Positions 19,874 through 29,638 of a stretch of DNA of 64,000 bases are shown here, one piece after another. Position numbers and translations under genes: made by a program. Numbering within the stretch: position 1 is the stretch's first letter; each line of letters starts with the position of its first letter. The notes below the pieces were generated by a model. It ran no database searches. It saw only the letters and a program-made list of their open reading frames with translations, and was not told where the DNA came from. The DNA is from Rhizobium sp. Q54 (GTDB taxonomy: Bacteria > Pseudomonadota > Alphaproteobacteria > UBA828), in contig CAMDNF010000003.1 of assembly GCA_945902735.1 (NCBI GenBank), forward strand, positions 2,311 through 66,310, written 5' to 3'.

Positions 19874-20047
19874 TCAGTCGAAAGTCTGCTGAACCAAAAG
19901 CCCGACGGGGCCGCCCCGGGCCGCGTTGACGGCAACCCGGTTCAACCCAAGATCGGCCAAGGTGCGGCCATCGATCGCGACCAGAGCGTGTTTCTGCCCG
20001 GCGCGAAGGCGCCAAGTGGCAAACTTGCTGGTCAACCAGCCAAGCAT
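19874..20047 (-). CDS. DUF1127 family small protein
   Basis: MLGWLTSKFATWRLRAGQKHALVAIDGRTLADLGLNRVAVNAARGGPV fits the DUF1127 pattern (R-rich N-term, L.DR.L.D.GL.R); 57 aa. Confidence 0.55.
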   Translation of the reverse strand: MLGWLTSKFATWRLRAGQKHALVAIDGRTLADLGLNRVAVNAARGGPVGLLVQQTFD

Positions 20048-20348
20048 CGGACAATTCCTCCCATTCCCATCTGGCTGAGCGCGCCCCGGCTGAACGCCGG
20101 CAGGCCGCTCGCCTCCATGCCTTTGGAAATGTGCACCCCGCCTCATGCTTGCCAATCACATAGCCGTGACGCAACGCGCACGCTGGCTCACAATCATGAG
20201 AGGAGAAAAAATCCTGTTATTTCAAATAGATCGACCGGCCGTGGGACCGGTCAATTGAGCCGGTGGAGCCGTCTGGTGAGGGTTGTCACAGTCTGTTTGT
20301 GAGCGCCCTCACACCAGCCTAGGGCGCAGACAACGCCGCCTGTGGCCG

Positions 20349-20376
20349 TCTCGATGATCGCGTTGGATCATCGAGA
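20349..20376. repeat. perfect palindrome TCTCGATGATC-N6-GATCATCGAGA. A copy of the core motif TCTCGATG...CATCGAGA recurs at 20804-20835.
   Basis: Seen directly in the sequence. This copy is 16 nt downstream of the DUF1127 gene's stop; the second copy is about 250 nt upstream of that gene. Confidence 0.6.
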
Positions 20377-20391
20377 CGATAGAAATTGGCC

Positions 20392-20559
20392 TTAGGCTGC
20401 GGCCTTGCGCTCGAACTTGCCGGAAGCAACCGATTGAATTTCGCCACGGCTAAGCCCGATATCGGCGAGCTGGCGATCATCCATCGACTGCAGCTCGTTC
20501 AACAACCGGCCCTGTTCCCGCCAGCGCCGAACCACATTGAGAACCTTCAACGTAAACAT
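20392..20559 (-). CDS. DUF1127 family small protein
   Basis: MFTLKVLNVVRRWREQGRLLNELQSMDDRQLADIGLSRGEIQSVASGKFERKAAA is 55 aa, below the ORF-track cutoff. An AT-rich promoter-like region lies upstream (20560-20700). Confidence 0.55.
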   Translation of the reverse strand: MFTLKVLNVVRRWREQGRLLNELQSMDDRQLADIGLSRGEIQSVASGKFERKAAA

Positions 20560-20803
20560 GACACGTCCTTTCTATCAATTAGCTTGGCAATTATGAACGT
20601 TCTGTTAAAATTGCATGACAGATGATTCATTGCCGCGCCTGATGCCATTGATATATAGCATTTTGTGCGGTGCACAATAGATAAAACGGAAGGCCAGCCA
20701 TGCAGTTTATGCATATAAAATGCTACGCTGTGCCCGAGCCGCCACAGGCGACCACCATCGGGGCCTGCCGATCCACCCATACGAATTGTAAAAGAGTAAT
20801 GCC

Positions 20804-20835
20804 AAGTCTCGATGAGCCTGACCCATCGAGACTTG
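20804..20835. repeat. second copy of the TCTCGATG/CATCGAGA palindrome (AAGTCTCGATG-N10-CATCGAGACTT)
   Basis: 11-bp inverted repeat sharing its core with 20349-20376. Confidence 0.6.
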
Positions 20836-20971
20836 GCCGGCGCAACCGCGCCGCGCCGCATTTGCAGCGAAAGCCAAGCGCGTCGCGTACTTTGGTGCGC
20901 GCCCAAAGCGCACGACGCGCGCGCCCGGCGCCTGAGGGCGTCGCGCTAATCGGTCACGATCAACGCGACTT

Positions 20972-21003
20972 GGTATAAAAGGGAAGGGCGGTCGCTGACC
21001 GCC
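20972..21003 (-). terminator. rho-independent terminator candidate for the aminotransferase gene
   Basis: Hairpin GGCGGTC-GCT-GACCGCC at 20987-21003, followed on the minus-strand transcript by CTTCCCTTTTAT. Confidence 0.5.
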
Positions 21004-21013
21004 GCCGCGTCGG

Positions 21014-22411
21014 CTAAACCGAGGTGAGGCCGAGGCCCTTCAGGTCCTTCAGGGTCAAATCGAGACAGAGGCGGAATTTGGTCACCATCTCGTCCACCTC
21101 GCTCTCCTTGATGATGAGCGGCGGCGAGGCGAGCATGACATCGCGCGAGGCCCGCATGATGAGCCCATTGCGGAAACAATGATTGCGGCAGGCGAGGCCG
21201 ACCTTGCCCTCGGGCTGAAAGCCGCGCCGAGTTTTCTTATCGGCCGTCAGCTCGATGCCGCACAGCAACCCCTTGCCGCGCACTTCGCCGACCAGAGGGT
21301 GATCGGCCAGCGCGGCAAATTGGCGTTGGAAATAGGGCCCGATCGTATCGTGGACGCGCTCAACCACGCGCTCCGCGCGCATGAGTCGAATGTTTTCGAG
21401 CGCCACCGCGCAGGCCACAGGGTGACCTGAATAGGTGAAGCCGTGGACGAACTCTTCGCCCGCATTATTGAGCGCGTCCGCCACGCGCGGGCCGAGCACC
21501 ACGCCCGAGATCGGCACATAGCCCGAGGAGAGGCCCTTGGCGATGGTCATGATGTCGGGCGTGAAGCCAAAGGTCTGGCAGCCAAACCAAGCGCCAGTAC
21601 GCCCGAAGCCGCAAATCACCTCGTCGGAAATCAGCAACACGTCATATTTCCGGCATATCCGGGCAATCTCCGGCCAATAGCTCATTGGCGGCACGATCAG
21701 CCCGCCGGCGCCATGGACCGGCTCACCGATAAAGGCGCCAACCCGCTCCGGCCCGAGCGCGAGGATTTTGGCCTCGAGCGCCTGCGCGGCCTTCAGGCCA
21801 TAGGCCTCCGGCTCCATATCGCCACCCTGGCGCCACCAATAGGCGGTCTCGATATGCTCGAACCCGGGGAGGGGGAGGCCGAATTGCGGATGCATCGGCT
21901 TCAGGCCTGAAAGACTGGCCGCCGCCATGGTCACGCCGTGATAGCCAAAATCGCGCGAAATCAGGATCGACTTGTCGGGCTTGCCCTGAAGCTTCCAGAA
22001 ATAGCGCACGATCTTGACAATCGAGTCGTTCGCCTCCGACCCCGAATTTGCGAAAAACACATGGTCGAGCCCGGGCGGGGCGACCTCGGCGATCGCCTTG
22101 GCGAGCTCAATCGGCGGCGGCGTCGAGGTTTGGAAGAATGTGTTGTAATAGGGCAGCTCAAGCATCTGCTTATAAGCCGCCTCGGCGAGCTCTTTCCGGC
22201 CATAACCGAGATTGACGCACCAAAGCCCGGCCATGCCGTCGAGCAGCCGCTCGCCCTCCGAATCCCATAAATAGACGCCTTCGGCCTTGACGATGATGCG
22301 GCTCGCTTTGCCGAGCAGGTCTTTGTAGTCGGTGAAGGGGTGGAGATGATGGTGGTGGTCAAGTTCCTGCCAGCGCAGCGTCTCGGCCTTCGGGTTGGCG
22401 CGCTCGCTCAT
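21014..22411 (-). CDS. class III (omega) aminotransferase, SpuC-like putrescine/omega-amino acid:pyruvate aminotransferase
   Basis: 465 aa. N-terminus TLRWQELDHHHHLHPFTDYKDL and a PLP-enzyme core; AT-III family. Confidence 0.8.
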   Translation of the reverse strand: MSERANPKAETLRWQELDHHHHLHPFTDYKDLLGKASRIIVKAEGVYLWDSEGERLLDGMAGLWCVNLGYGRKELAEAAYKQMLELPYYNTFFQTSTPPPIELAKAIAEVAPPGLDHVFFANSGSEANDSIVKIVRYFWKLQGKPDKSILISRDFGYHGVTMAAASLSGLKPMHPQFGLPLPGFEHIETAYWWRQGGDMEPEAYGLKAAQALEAKILALGPERVGAFIGEPVHGAGGLIVPPMSYWPEIARICRKYDVLLISDEVICGFGRTGAWFGCQTFGFTPDIMTIAKGLSSGYVPISGVVLGPRVADALNNAGEEFVHGFTYSGHPVACAVALENIRLMRAERVVERVHDTIGPYFQRQFAALADHPLVGEVRGKGLLCGIELTADKKTRRGFQPEGKVGLACRNHCFRNGLIMRASRDVMLASPPLIIKESEVDEMVTKFRLCLDLTLKDLKGLGLTSV

Positions 22412-22456
22412 GCATCATCTCCGACATTCGACGCGCGAAGACTCACTCGCTAACCA

Positions 22457-23278
22457 TCATGACCGTGCGCGCCGCGCTTGTAAAAGGCGGCGGCGGGCAG
22501 GGGAGGGATGGTTAGCCTGACGCCGTGCGGCGCGTGCACGCGCGGCCTCGCCAAACGCCCCGAACAGCGCCATCGAAAAAGCGTTCTCGGTCACTTTCCA
22601 CTCGGGGTGCCATTGCACACCGATAGCAAAGGCCGGCGCGTCGATCACGTGGACGGCCTCGATCAAGCCATCCGGCGCGCGCGCTTCGATCGCGAGGCCT
22701 GGCGCCAAACGATCGATGCCCTGGCCGTGGAGAGAATTGACCATCACCTCGGGCTCGGGCCAAAGCTCGGCCAGCTCGCCCCCCGGTTCGAGCGTCACTT
22801 TGTGCGCCGGCGCATACTGCACCTCGCGCGATTTCGAAAGATCGGCGCGGTGATTCATCAAGCCCGGCACTTCCTCAACGTGCTGATGCAGCGTGCCACC
22901 TAAAGCGACGTTCAGTTCCTGAATGCCGCGACAAATGCAAAGGATAGGCACACCGGCCTCGATCGCCTCGCGGATCAAAGGCAGCGTCGTCGAATCACGC
23001 TGCGGATCGTGCATGGTGCCCGGCCGGCTCGACGGGCCTTCATAATGATGCGGTTCAACGTTTGAAGGACTCCCAGTGAAGAGAATACCGTCAATCCGTT
23101 CGATCAAATCCTTGCGATCCAATTCATCGCCGAGCGAGGGCAGCAGAACCGGCAAAGCCTCGGCGCCCTTGGTCACGCCCAAAATGTATTTCTCGCCGAC
23201 GATATGGAATGGGTGAATGCCGACCTCGCGCACATCGGCCGGAATTGCGATGAGGGGCAGGGGGTAGCGGATGGTCAT
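22457..23278 (-). CDS. gamma-glutamyl-GABA hydrolase-like class I glutamine amidotransferase (PuuD/peptidase C26 family)
   Basis: ILCICRGIQELNVALGGTL...VQWHPEW shows the catalytic Cys and His regions of PuuD. Confidence 0.75.
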   Translation of the reverse strand: MTIRYPLPLIAIPADVREVGIHPFHIVGEKYILGVTKGAEALPVLLPSLGDELDRKDLIERIDGILFTGSPSNVEPHHYEGPSSRPGTMHDPQRDSTTLPLIREAIEAGVPILCICRGIQELNVALGGTLHQHVEEVPGLMNHRADLSKSREVQYAPAHKVTLEPGGELAELWPEPEVMVNSLHGQGIDRLAPGLAIEARAPDGLIEAVHVIDAPAFAIGVQWHPEWKVTENAFSMALFGAFGEAARARAARRQANHPSPARRRLLQARRARS

Positions 23279-23322
23279 GCGCTCACGCTCGCGGTGGCCC
23301 TAGAAACGATAACCAGCAGATC

Positions 23323-24006
23323 TTAACGTTGTATGCCGCTCTTCGGCGCCCAATCGAACAATTTGGCCGATAGATGGACGTTTATTTCAAGGTCTTCGAG
23401 CGCAACCGTGGTGGTCTGCCCTTGCGCATCTTTCACGCGCCATTGCACGAGCTGAGTTGGGTTACTGGTAAAATAAAGCGACACCGATCCCTCGCCCGGA
23501 TCCTCGCGCCTTGTCACCGTCACGATCGTTCGACCCTCGTCGCGCGTTACCGCGGTCACCGCGAGGTCTTTGCCAAAACCAACTTCATCGCGGCTCAACG
23601 AGCCAATCGGTGTATCGAAAATCGGCCAATCATTCACTTGGCCGAGCTCACTGTCCTGATAGTGCAAGAGAAAGCCATCGCCCACGATCAAGATTGGCAC
23701 CGGCGGGTCATATTCGAAGCGCAGCCGCCCGGGCCGGCGCAAATAAAACTTGCCCTTCGCCACGCTGCCATCAGGCGCGATTTGAATAAACCGAGCGCGC
23801 AAGGAACGCACACTGTTGAGATAGGCCTCGGCCACCCCGAGCGCGAGAGTTTGCTCCTTGTTGAGCGGCGCATCGATCGCTTGCTCGGCGCTTTCCGCAC
23901 GCGGCAAGGCTACGCTGAGACCGAGCCCAAGCGTGACGAGAACGATAACCAAGGCTCGGAGCGTGTTCACGAAATCCTCTGTGACGTATAACGTAAGACG
24001 CGCCAT
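23323..24006 (-). CDS. lolA: outer-membrane lipoprotein carrier protein LolA
   Basis: Signal peptide followed by FIQIAPDGSVAKGKFYLRRPGRLRFEY...LIVGDG, a LolA-fold signature. Conserved ftsK-lolA synteny. Confidence 0.8.
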   Translation of the reverse strand: MARLTLYVTEDFVNTLRALVIVLVTLGLGLSVALPRAESAEQAIDAPLNKEQTLALGVAEAYLNSVRSLRARFIQIAPDGSVAKGKFYLRRPGRLRFEYDPPVPILIVGDGFLLHYQDSELGQVNDWPIFDTPIGSLSRDEVGFGKDLAVTAVTRDEGRTIVTVTRREDPGEGSVSLYFTSNPTQLVQWRVKDAQGQTTTVALEDLEINVHLSAKLFDWAPKSGIQR

Positions 24007-24052
24007 TTTCCGTCGATCGGCGTAACGGCACCATGTCGACACAAGCACCAGC

Positions 24053-26455
24053 TCAACGCGAATGATCGCCGACCAGAACCTCGCGCTTGCCAACATGATT
24101 GGCCCGCGTCACCACGCCTTCGATCTCCATGCGCTCGATAATGCGCGCGGCGCGGTTATAGCCGATCTGTAAATGGCGCTGGATGAAACTGGTCGAGGCC
24201 TTGCGTTCACGCGCAACCAGCGCCAGCGCCTGATCATAAAGCGGGTCATCGCCCAAGGCGTCGGCGCCCGAGCCCGCGCCGCCTTCGGGATCTTCGAGCA
24301 CTTCCTCGATATAAGACGGGCGGCCCTTGGCGCGCAACGCCTCGGTCACGCGCTCGACCTCGGCATCGCTCACATAGGGCCCGTGCACGCGCATGATGCG
24401 CCCGCCGCCCTCCATATAAAGCATGTCGCCTTGGCCAAGCAGTTGCTCGGCGCCTTGCTCGCCGAGCACCGTGCGGCTGTCGATCTTCGAGGTCACCTGG
24501 AAACTGATGCGGGTCGGGAAATTGGCTTTGATCGTGCCGGTGATCACGTCGACCGAGGGGCGTTGCGTCGCCATGATCAAATGCAATCCAGCCGCGCGCG
24601 CCATCTGCGCCAGGCGCTGCACGGCGGTTTCGATTTCCTTGCCGGCGACCAGCATGAGATCGGCCATTTCATCGACCACGATCACGATATAGGGCAACGG
24701 GTCCAGGCCGAGTTCTTGTTCGACAAAACTTGGCTCGCCGGTCTCCGAATCGATGCCGGTTTGCACGCGGCGGGTCAGCTTCTCGCCCGATTTCCGGGCC
24801 TCTTCGAGCCGCTTGTTGTAGCCCGCGATATTACGCACGCCGAGCCGCGACATGGATTGATAACGCGTTTCCATTTCACGCACGGCCCATTTGAGCGCGA
24901 CCACCGCCTTGCCCGGCTCGGTGACGACAGGCGCGATCAGATGCGGAATGTCGTCATAGACCGAAAGCTCCAACATCTTCGGGTCGATCATGATCATCTT
25001 GCATTGATCGGGCGGCAGCCGATAAAGCAGCGACAGGATCATCGAATTGATTGCGACCGATTTGCCCGAGCCGGTCGTACCGGCGACCAGCAAATGCGGC
25101 ATGCGCGCTAGATCGGCGATCACCGGATTGCCCGCGATATCCTTACCCAGCGCCAGCGTCAGGCTCACCGCGGTGCTTTCATAGGCATCGCTCGACAACA
25201 ACTCGCGCAGATAAACCGTTTCGCGTTGCGGGTTGGGCAATTCGATGCCGATCACATTGCGTCCCGGCACGGTCGCGACGCGCACCGAGACCGCGCTCAT
25301 CGAACGCGCGATGTCATCGGCCAAGCCGATCACGCGTGAAGTGCGCGTGCCCGCTTCCGGCGCCAATTCATAGAGCGTCACCACCGGGCCAGGACGCACC
25401 TTGATGATCTGACCATTGACGCCGAAATCCTGCAGCACGGATTCCAAGAGCCGCGCGTTTTGCTCGATCGCGGCTTCATCGAGCGCGGCCGAGCGTTTCG
25501 GTGGCGGCGCGTCGACCAACAAGGACAATGAGGGCAGTTCATATTCCTCGCCCGAAGCGAGTTCGAGCGTGGCCTGCCGGTCGGCAGCGGCGCGGCGCGA
25601 GGTCTTGGGCTTTTTGATCGGTGCCTCGACGCGCTCGCTAATCCGCCCCGTGGATTTCGCCGGCGCTATTTGGGCCTCAGCCTCGGCCTCTTCCTCTTCT
25701 TCGTCTTGCTCCGGCGCGGCCGGTCTCAGGCGTGCCGCGTGATCGAACAGATTCGCCGCTGGCTCGCGCCGGGGCACCGCAACCGGCAAATTGAGCCGCC
25801 GCCTGATCAACCTCAAACCAAAGCCCAGCGGCGCGAGCACGACATAGCCAAAGGCCAAGCGCGCCGTGCGATAGAGCACGCGCCACTCGGCCCAGGTCAG
25901 CCCGAGCGAAACCACAAGCGCGATCAGCGCAAGGGCGAAAGCCCCTAGCGTCAAAACGAACGCCGGCGCGCCGACAGTGTCGATCAATTGTGCGAGCGGG
26001 CCGCCCACAATGTCGCCGAGCGCGCCGCCCAGCCCGATTTCAAGCGGCCAGAAGGCGGGCTGGCCCAGGCCCTTGAAGCCGATCGCCCCGAGCAAAATGA
26101 CCACAGGCGCGAGGCCGAGGCGAAGCGGCCGTCGGCTTAAGCCCCGATGGCTGACAAAGGCCCAGCCCCAGGCGAGCGCCATCAAGACGGCGAGCGCCGC
26201 CGCGAGCCCGATCCCATGAAGCACCAAATCGGCGATGTAGGCGCCGGGGCGGCCGAGCAGATTGTCGGTCGGCGCGGCGGTTGACACGCTGAACGAGGCA
26301 TCGCGCGGGTCATGGCTTGAAAGCGAGAAGGCGAGCAAAACGCCAAGCCCCATCAGGCCGGCGCCCGCAATCTCGTGCAGCCGGCGAACGAAGAAGCGCG
26401 ACACGCTGGCAGGCAATAATGGGAGCCGATGCTCCCCTTCGACGCGGCTGACCAT
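24053..26455 (-). CDS. ftsK: DNA translocase FtsK
   Basis: 800 aa with N-terminal TM segments, a Pro/Glu-rich linker, the FtsK alpha/beta ATPase ([22 protein letters not shown], Walker [12 protein letters not shown]) and a gamma winged-helix C-terminus. Confidence 0.95.
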   Translation of the reverse strand: MVSRVEGEHRLPLLPASVSRFFVRRLHEIAGAGLMGLGVLLAFSLSSHDPRDASFSVSTAAPTDNLLGRPGAYIADLVLHGIGLAAALAVLMALAWGWAFVSHRGLSRRPLRLGLAPVVILLGAIGFKGLGQPAFWPLEIGLGGALGDIVGGPLAQLIDTVGAPAFVLTLGAFALALIALVVSLGLTWAEWRVLYRTARLAFGYVVLAPLGFGLRLIRRRLNLPVAVPRREPAANLFDHAARLRPAAPEQDEEEEEAEAEAQIAPAKSTGRISERVEAPIKKPKTSRRAAADRQATLELASGEEYELPSLSLLVDAPPPKRSAALDEAAIEQNARLLESVLQDFGVNGQIIKVRPGPVVTLYELAPEAGTRTSRVIGLADDIARSMSAVSVRVATVPGRNVIGIELPNPQRETVYLRELLSSDAYESTAVSLTLALGKDIAGNPVIADLARMPHLLVAGTTGSGKSVAINSMILSLLYRLPPDQCKMIMIDPKMLELSVYDDIPHLIAPVVTEPGKAVVALKWAVREMETRYQSMSRLGVRNIAGYNKRLEEARKSGEKLTRRVQTGIDSETGEPSFVEQELGLDPLPYIVIVVDEMADLMLVAGKEIETAVQRLAQMARAAGLHLIMATQRPSVDVITGTIKANFPTRISFQVTSKIDSRTVLGEQGAEQLLGQGDMLYMEGGGRIMRVHGPYVSDAEVERVTEALRAKGRPSYIEEVLEDPEGGAGSGADALGDDPLYDQALALVARERKASTSFIQRHLQIGYNRAARIIERMEIEGVVTRANHVGKREVLVGDHSR

Positions 26456-26719
26456 GACGGAACCGAAGGCCTCTGCTGCAATCGACGGAGCGATGGGCGC
26501 GAGCCATTATGGCGCCGCGCCGCCTCTTTCAGAACGTAACGCGAATCGACTGCCTATCAATAGCATAGAGGGCAGGCGATAGGAAAAGGGCGCCGCGCAA
26601 CGAAAAACGAGCCTTGGCTGAAATACGGCAGGACCCCTGCCATTCACCAAGCAATTTGACGTTTCCGGCGATTTGCGATGCAGTAGTGGCACTCAACCAA
26701 CAAGAGGGGAGGTTGCGTC

Positions 26720-27070
26720 ATGCAGGCCATCACGAAATTGCCAGCGCCTGGGTCCGAGCCGATCACGGCGGATCTCGAGGGCTGGGTCCCGGTTTCCGGC
26801 AAGCCATCGATGAAAACGTGGATTCAAAACACCTCGGCCGACGGCTCGATGATTTCGGGCACCTGGGAGGCGACCCCCGGCACCTATCACGCCACCTATA
26901 AGGGCTATGAGTTCGTCCATCTGATGGCCGGCAAGATCAAGATCACGCCGGATGGCGGCAAGCCGATCATGGTCGGCGCGGGCGATGCGTTTGTGGTCGA
27001 GCCGACCTTCAAAGGCACCTGGGAGATCATCGAACCGGTGCGCAAGCACTTCGATATCAAATTGAAATAG
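26720..27070 (+). CDS. cupin domain protein (DUF861/cupin_3)
   Basis: 116 aa with GTWEATPGTYHATYKGYEFVHLMAGKIKITPDGGKPIMVGAGDAFVV, a cupin beta-barrel motif. Paralog at 32466..32861. Confidence 0.65.
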   Translation: MQAITKLPAPGSEPITADLEGWVPVSGKPSMKTWIQNTSADGSMISGTWEATPGTYHATYKGYEFVHLMAGKIKITPDGGKPIMVGAGDAFVVEPTFKGTWEIIEPVRKHFDIKLK

Positions 27071-27144
27071 AACGAAAGCCGCGACGGTCGCATGCGTGGG
27101 CAATAGAGGCCATCACGCGCGGCTCGATCATCAATGCCCGGCGC

Positions 27145-27579
27145 TTAAGCCGCCCGTTCCACGACCTCAAGTTCGCGGCCCAAAAGCGCCAGAGCACGCT
27201 CGATTTCGCCGATGTGAGAGCGATGCGCGACATTGATCAACCGGCGCACGATGGCCTCGGTTACACCCAACCGCTTCGCCAGCGCGACATTGGTCACGCC
27301 TTGCTCGCGCATGGCGGCGGCGAGGGCAAGCTTGGCGCAACTGAGCGCATCGGGCGTCGCGAGCTTTTGTCCGCGCTTCGGCTTCGACGCCTTGGGGAAG
27401 GGCTCGCGCGCCTTGGCATAAAACGCGAGCCCTGAGGCGAGCGCGTCGGCGATCTGGGCATGCCGCTCCGCCACGCTCGCATCGGCCGCGATCCAAGAAG
27501 TGATCTCCGGTACGTCAGGGAAACGGATCAGATACCCGTCGCCATCGCGGCTAAGGGAATAGGGATAGGCAAAGCGCAT
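27145..27579 (-). CDS. hicB: type II toxin-antitoxin system antitoxin, HicB family
   Basis: YPYSLSRDGDGYLIRFPDVPEITSWIAADASVAERHAQIADAL is the HicB N-domain, with a C-terminal HTH-like DNA-binding segment. Confidence 0.8.
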   Translation of the reverse strand: MRFAYPYSLSRDGDGYLIRFPDVPEITSWIAADASVAERHAQIADALASGLAFYAKAREPFPKASKPKRGQKLATPDALSCAKLALAAAMREQGVTNVALAKRLGVTEAIVRRLINVAHRSHIGEIERALALLGRELEVVERAA

Positions 27580-27593
27580 CGCGACTTTTGCTC

Positions 27594-27791
27594 CTACAGG
27601 TCTTTTTCACTAATACCGAGTTGTTTCAAGATCGCCCGGAACGTGCCGCGCCTTATATCGCCGGGATGCATCGCGATGGTGGTGCGGCGCCCACCCAGCG
27701 TGACGTTCAGGTGAGAGCCCTTGCCCGGCTCCAGAGTCAAAATCGAGACCATTCCGCCGGGCAAGACGGCGCAAATGGCGGATAAGTTCAT
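27594..27791 (-). CDS. hicA: type II toxin-antitoxin system toxin, HicA family mRNA interferase
   Basis: 65 aa with LEPGKGSHLNVTLGGRRTTIAMHPGDIRRGTFRAILKQLGI, the YcfA/HicA motif. It lies immediately upstream of hicB. Confidence 0.75.
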   Translation of the reverse strand: MNLSAICAVLPGGMVSILTLEPGKGSHLNVTLGGRRTTIAMHPGDIRRGTFRAILKQLGISEKDL

Positions 27792-27808
27792 TAGCCTTCA
27801 CAGCAGAG

Positions 27809-27831
27809 AATTCGTACAATTATGCACGAAT
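27809..27831. promoter_or_regulatory. imperfect palindrome AATTCGTAC-N6-GCACGAAT upstream of hicA, a candidate HicB operator
   Basis: 7 of 8 bp inverted repeat within an AT-rich stretch, 20-40 nt upstream of the hicA start. Confidence 0.35.
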
Positions 27832-27874
27832 GTCAAGGACCGCCGGAATAGGTGGACGGGGTTGTTAACCTCTT

Positions 27875-27931
27875 GTGAAAAAGCCGCAACGGCCGCACGC
27901 GTGGAGAGAGGAGACCCCTACGCATGCGGCC
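27875..27931 (-). terminator. rho-independent terminator candidate downstream of amtB
   Basis: 13-bp imperfect inverted repeat CGGCCGCACGCGT...ACGCATGCGGCCG (27890-27931), followed on the minus-strand transcript by a TTTTT run. Confidence 0.5.
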
Positions 27932-27950
27932 GCCACCGATCACGCCCGCC

Positions 27951-29276
27951 TCAAGCGACCGATTCGCCATGAGCGCGGATGTCGAGGCCCTCGCGCTCTG
28001 ATTCTTCGTCGACCCTGATGCCGATGGTGGCCTTGAGCCCAAAGAGGACCAGCGCGGTCACGCCGCCGCTCCAAGCCACCGTCACGGCGATACCATAGAG
28101 CTGGGTCAAGATCTGACCGCCTTCGCCATCAACCGCGCCCGATTTGCCGCCAAAGCCGGCGGTTGCGAATACGCCGGTCAACACCGCGCCGGCAATGCCG
28201 CCAATGCCGTGCACGCCGAACACATCGAGGCTGTCGTCATAGCCCAGCCGGCGTTTGATGCCGTTGGTCGCGAGGTAACAAACAAAGCCGCCAGCGGCGC
28301 CGATCGCCAGTGCCGCGGCCGGGCCGACGAAGCCCGACGCCGGCGTGATCGCAACCAGGCCCGCGACCGCGCCCGAGATCGCGCCAAGCACGCTCGGTTT
28401 GCCCCGATGCGCCCATTCGCCGGCCATCCAGGCGAGCGCGCCCATCGCCGCCGCGATTTGCGTGACCAACATGGCGAGCCCGGCCAGCCCGTTTGAGCCC
28501 ACCGCCGAACCGGCATTGAAGCCAAACCAGCCAACCCAAAGAAGGCTCGCGCCGATCAGCGACAGCACCAAATTATGCGGTTGCATATTCTCGCGGCGAT
28601 AGCCGATGCGTCGGCCGAGGATCAATGCCGCGACCAGCCCCGCGACGCCCGAGCTGATATGCACCACCGTGCCGCCGGCGAAATCGAGCACGCCCGCGCC
28701 GCCCAAAAATCCGCCGCCCCAAACCATATGCGCGATCGGCACATAAACCGCGAGCAGCCACACACTCGAGAAAATCAACAGCGGGCCAAACTTCATGCGC
28801 TCGGCCACCGAGCCTGTGATCAGCGCCACGGTGATGATCGCGAAGGTGAGCTGGAAGCAGATGAACACCGTCTCCGGCACCGTGCCGAACAGGGATTCCG
28901 GTCTAACACCCATCAAAAAGGCTTTATCCAGGCTGCCGAACAGGGCACCACCCGGTGTGAAGGCCAGCGAATAACCGCAGACAAACCAAAGCACCGTGAC
29001 GACGCAGGTAATCGCGAAGCTCTGCATCGCGATCGAGAGCACGTTCTTCTTGCGCACCATGCCGCCATAGAAGAGCGCGACGCCCGGGATCGCCATCATC
29101 AGCACGAGCGCGGTCGCCACGATCATCCACGCCGTATCGCCGGTATCAAGGGTGGGCGCTGGCGGCGCTTCAGCCGCGACCAAATCCTCCGCGCGCAGGC
29201 CGCCCATGCCAAGCAAAAGAGGCAGCGCGAAAAACGGCAAGGCTCGAAAGAGCGAGGTGAGGGGAATAGCGCGCAT
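27951..29276 (-). CDS. amtB: ammonium transporter
   Basis: Signal peptide, then DTGDTAWMIVATALVLMMAIPGVALFYGGMVRKKNVLS and 11 TM segments; Amt family. Confidence 0.9.
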   Translation of the reverse strand: MRAIPLTSLFRALPFFALPLLLGMGGLRAEDLVAAEAPPAPTLDTGDTAWMIVATALVLMMAIPGVALFYGGMVRKKNVLSIAMQSFAITCVVTVLWFVCGYSLAFTPGGALFGSLDKAFLMGVRPESLFGTVPETVFICFQLTFAIITVALITGSVAERMKFGPLLIFSSVWLLAVYVPIAHMVWGGGFLGGAGVLDFAGGTVVHISSGVAGLVAALILGRRIGYRRENMQPHNLVLSLIGASLLWVGWFGFNAGSAVGSNGLAGLAMLVTQIAAAMGALAWMAGEWAHRGKPSVLGAISGAVAGLVAITPASGFVGPAAALAIGAAGGFVCYLATNGIKRRLGYDDSLDVFGVHGIGGIAGAVLTGVFATAGFGGKSGAVDGEGGQILTQLYGIAVTVAWSGGVTALVLFGLKATIGIRVDEESEREGLDIRAHGESVA

Positions 29277-29638
29277 TGTTCGGTCTCCCTTCGCGGGGTC
29301 CGCCCTGGGCAAGGGGGAAGGGGCGCCCAGACGGTTTGGCCGCAATAGGGAGACTGAACTTCAAGAACCGTGCCAAGGTCCGATGGCCGCGCCGCGCGTA
29401 TCGAGCTCAACCTGATAGGCGCGCACGATTTTTATGCCGTCATGGCCCGGCTCGACCGGGCCATCCAGTAAGTCGTTCAGCCGGCTCGTTTTTCTGGATG
29501 GGCCGCCTGAAGCGGGCCATGACGATGGTGGGGCGTGAGCGCGCCGGCTCTCTCGTTGAGAATTGGCCGCACGAACACCCGCCATCCTATGCCTGCCGCC
29601 GAATTGGGCAGACCGGCGGCCCGATGCCTAGAGACTGA

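Noticed and set aside
20700-20978. 92-aa plus-strand ORF in the region downstream of the aminotransferase
   Set aside because: It has no family features and unusual composition. The region is better explained as structured intergenic DNA holding the second TCTCGATG palindrome and the aminotransferase terminator.
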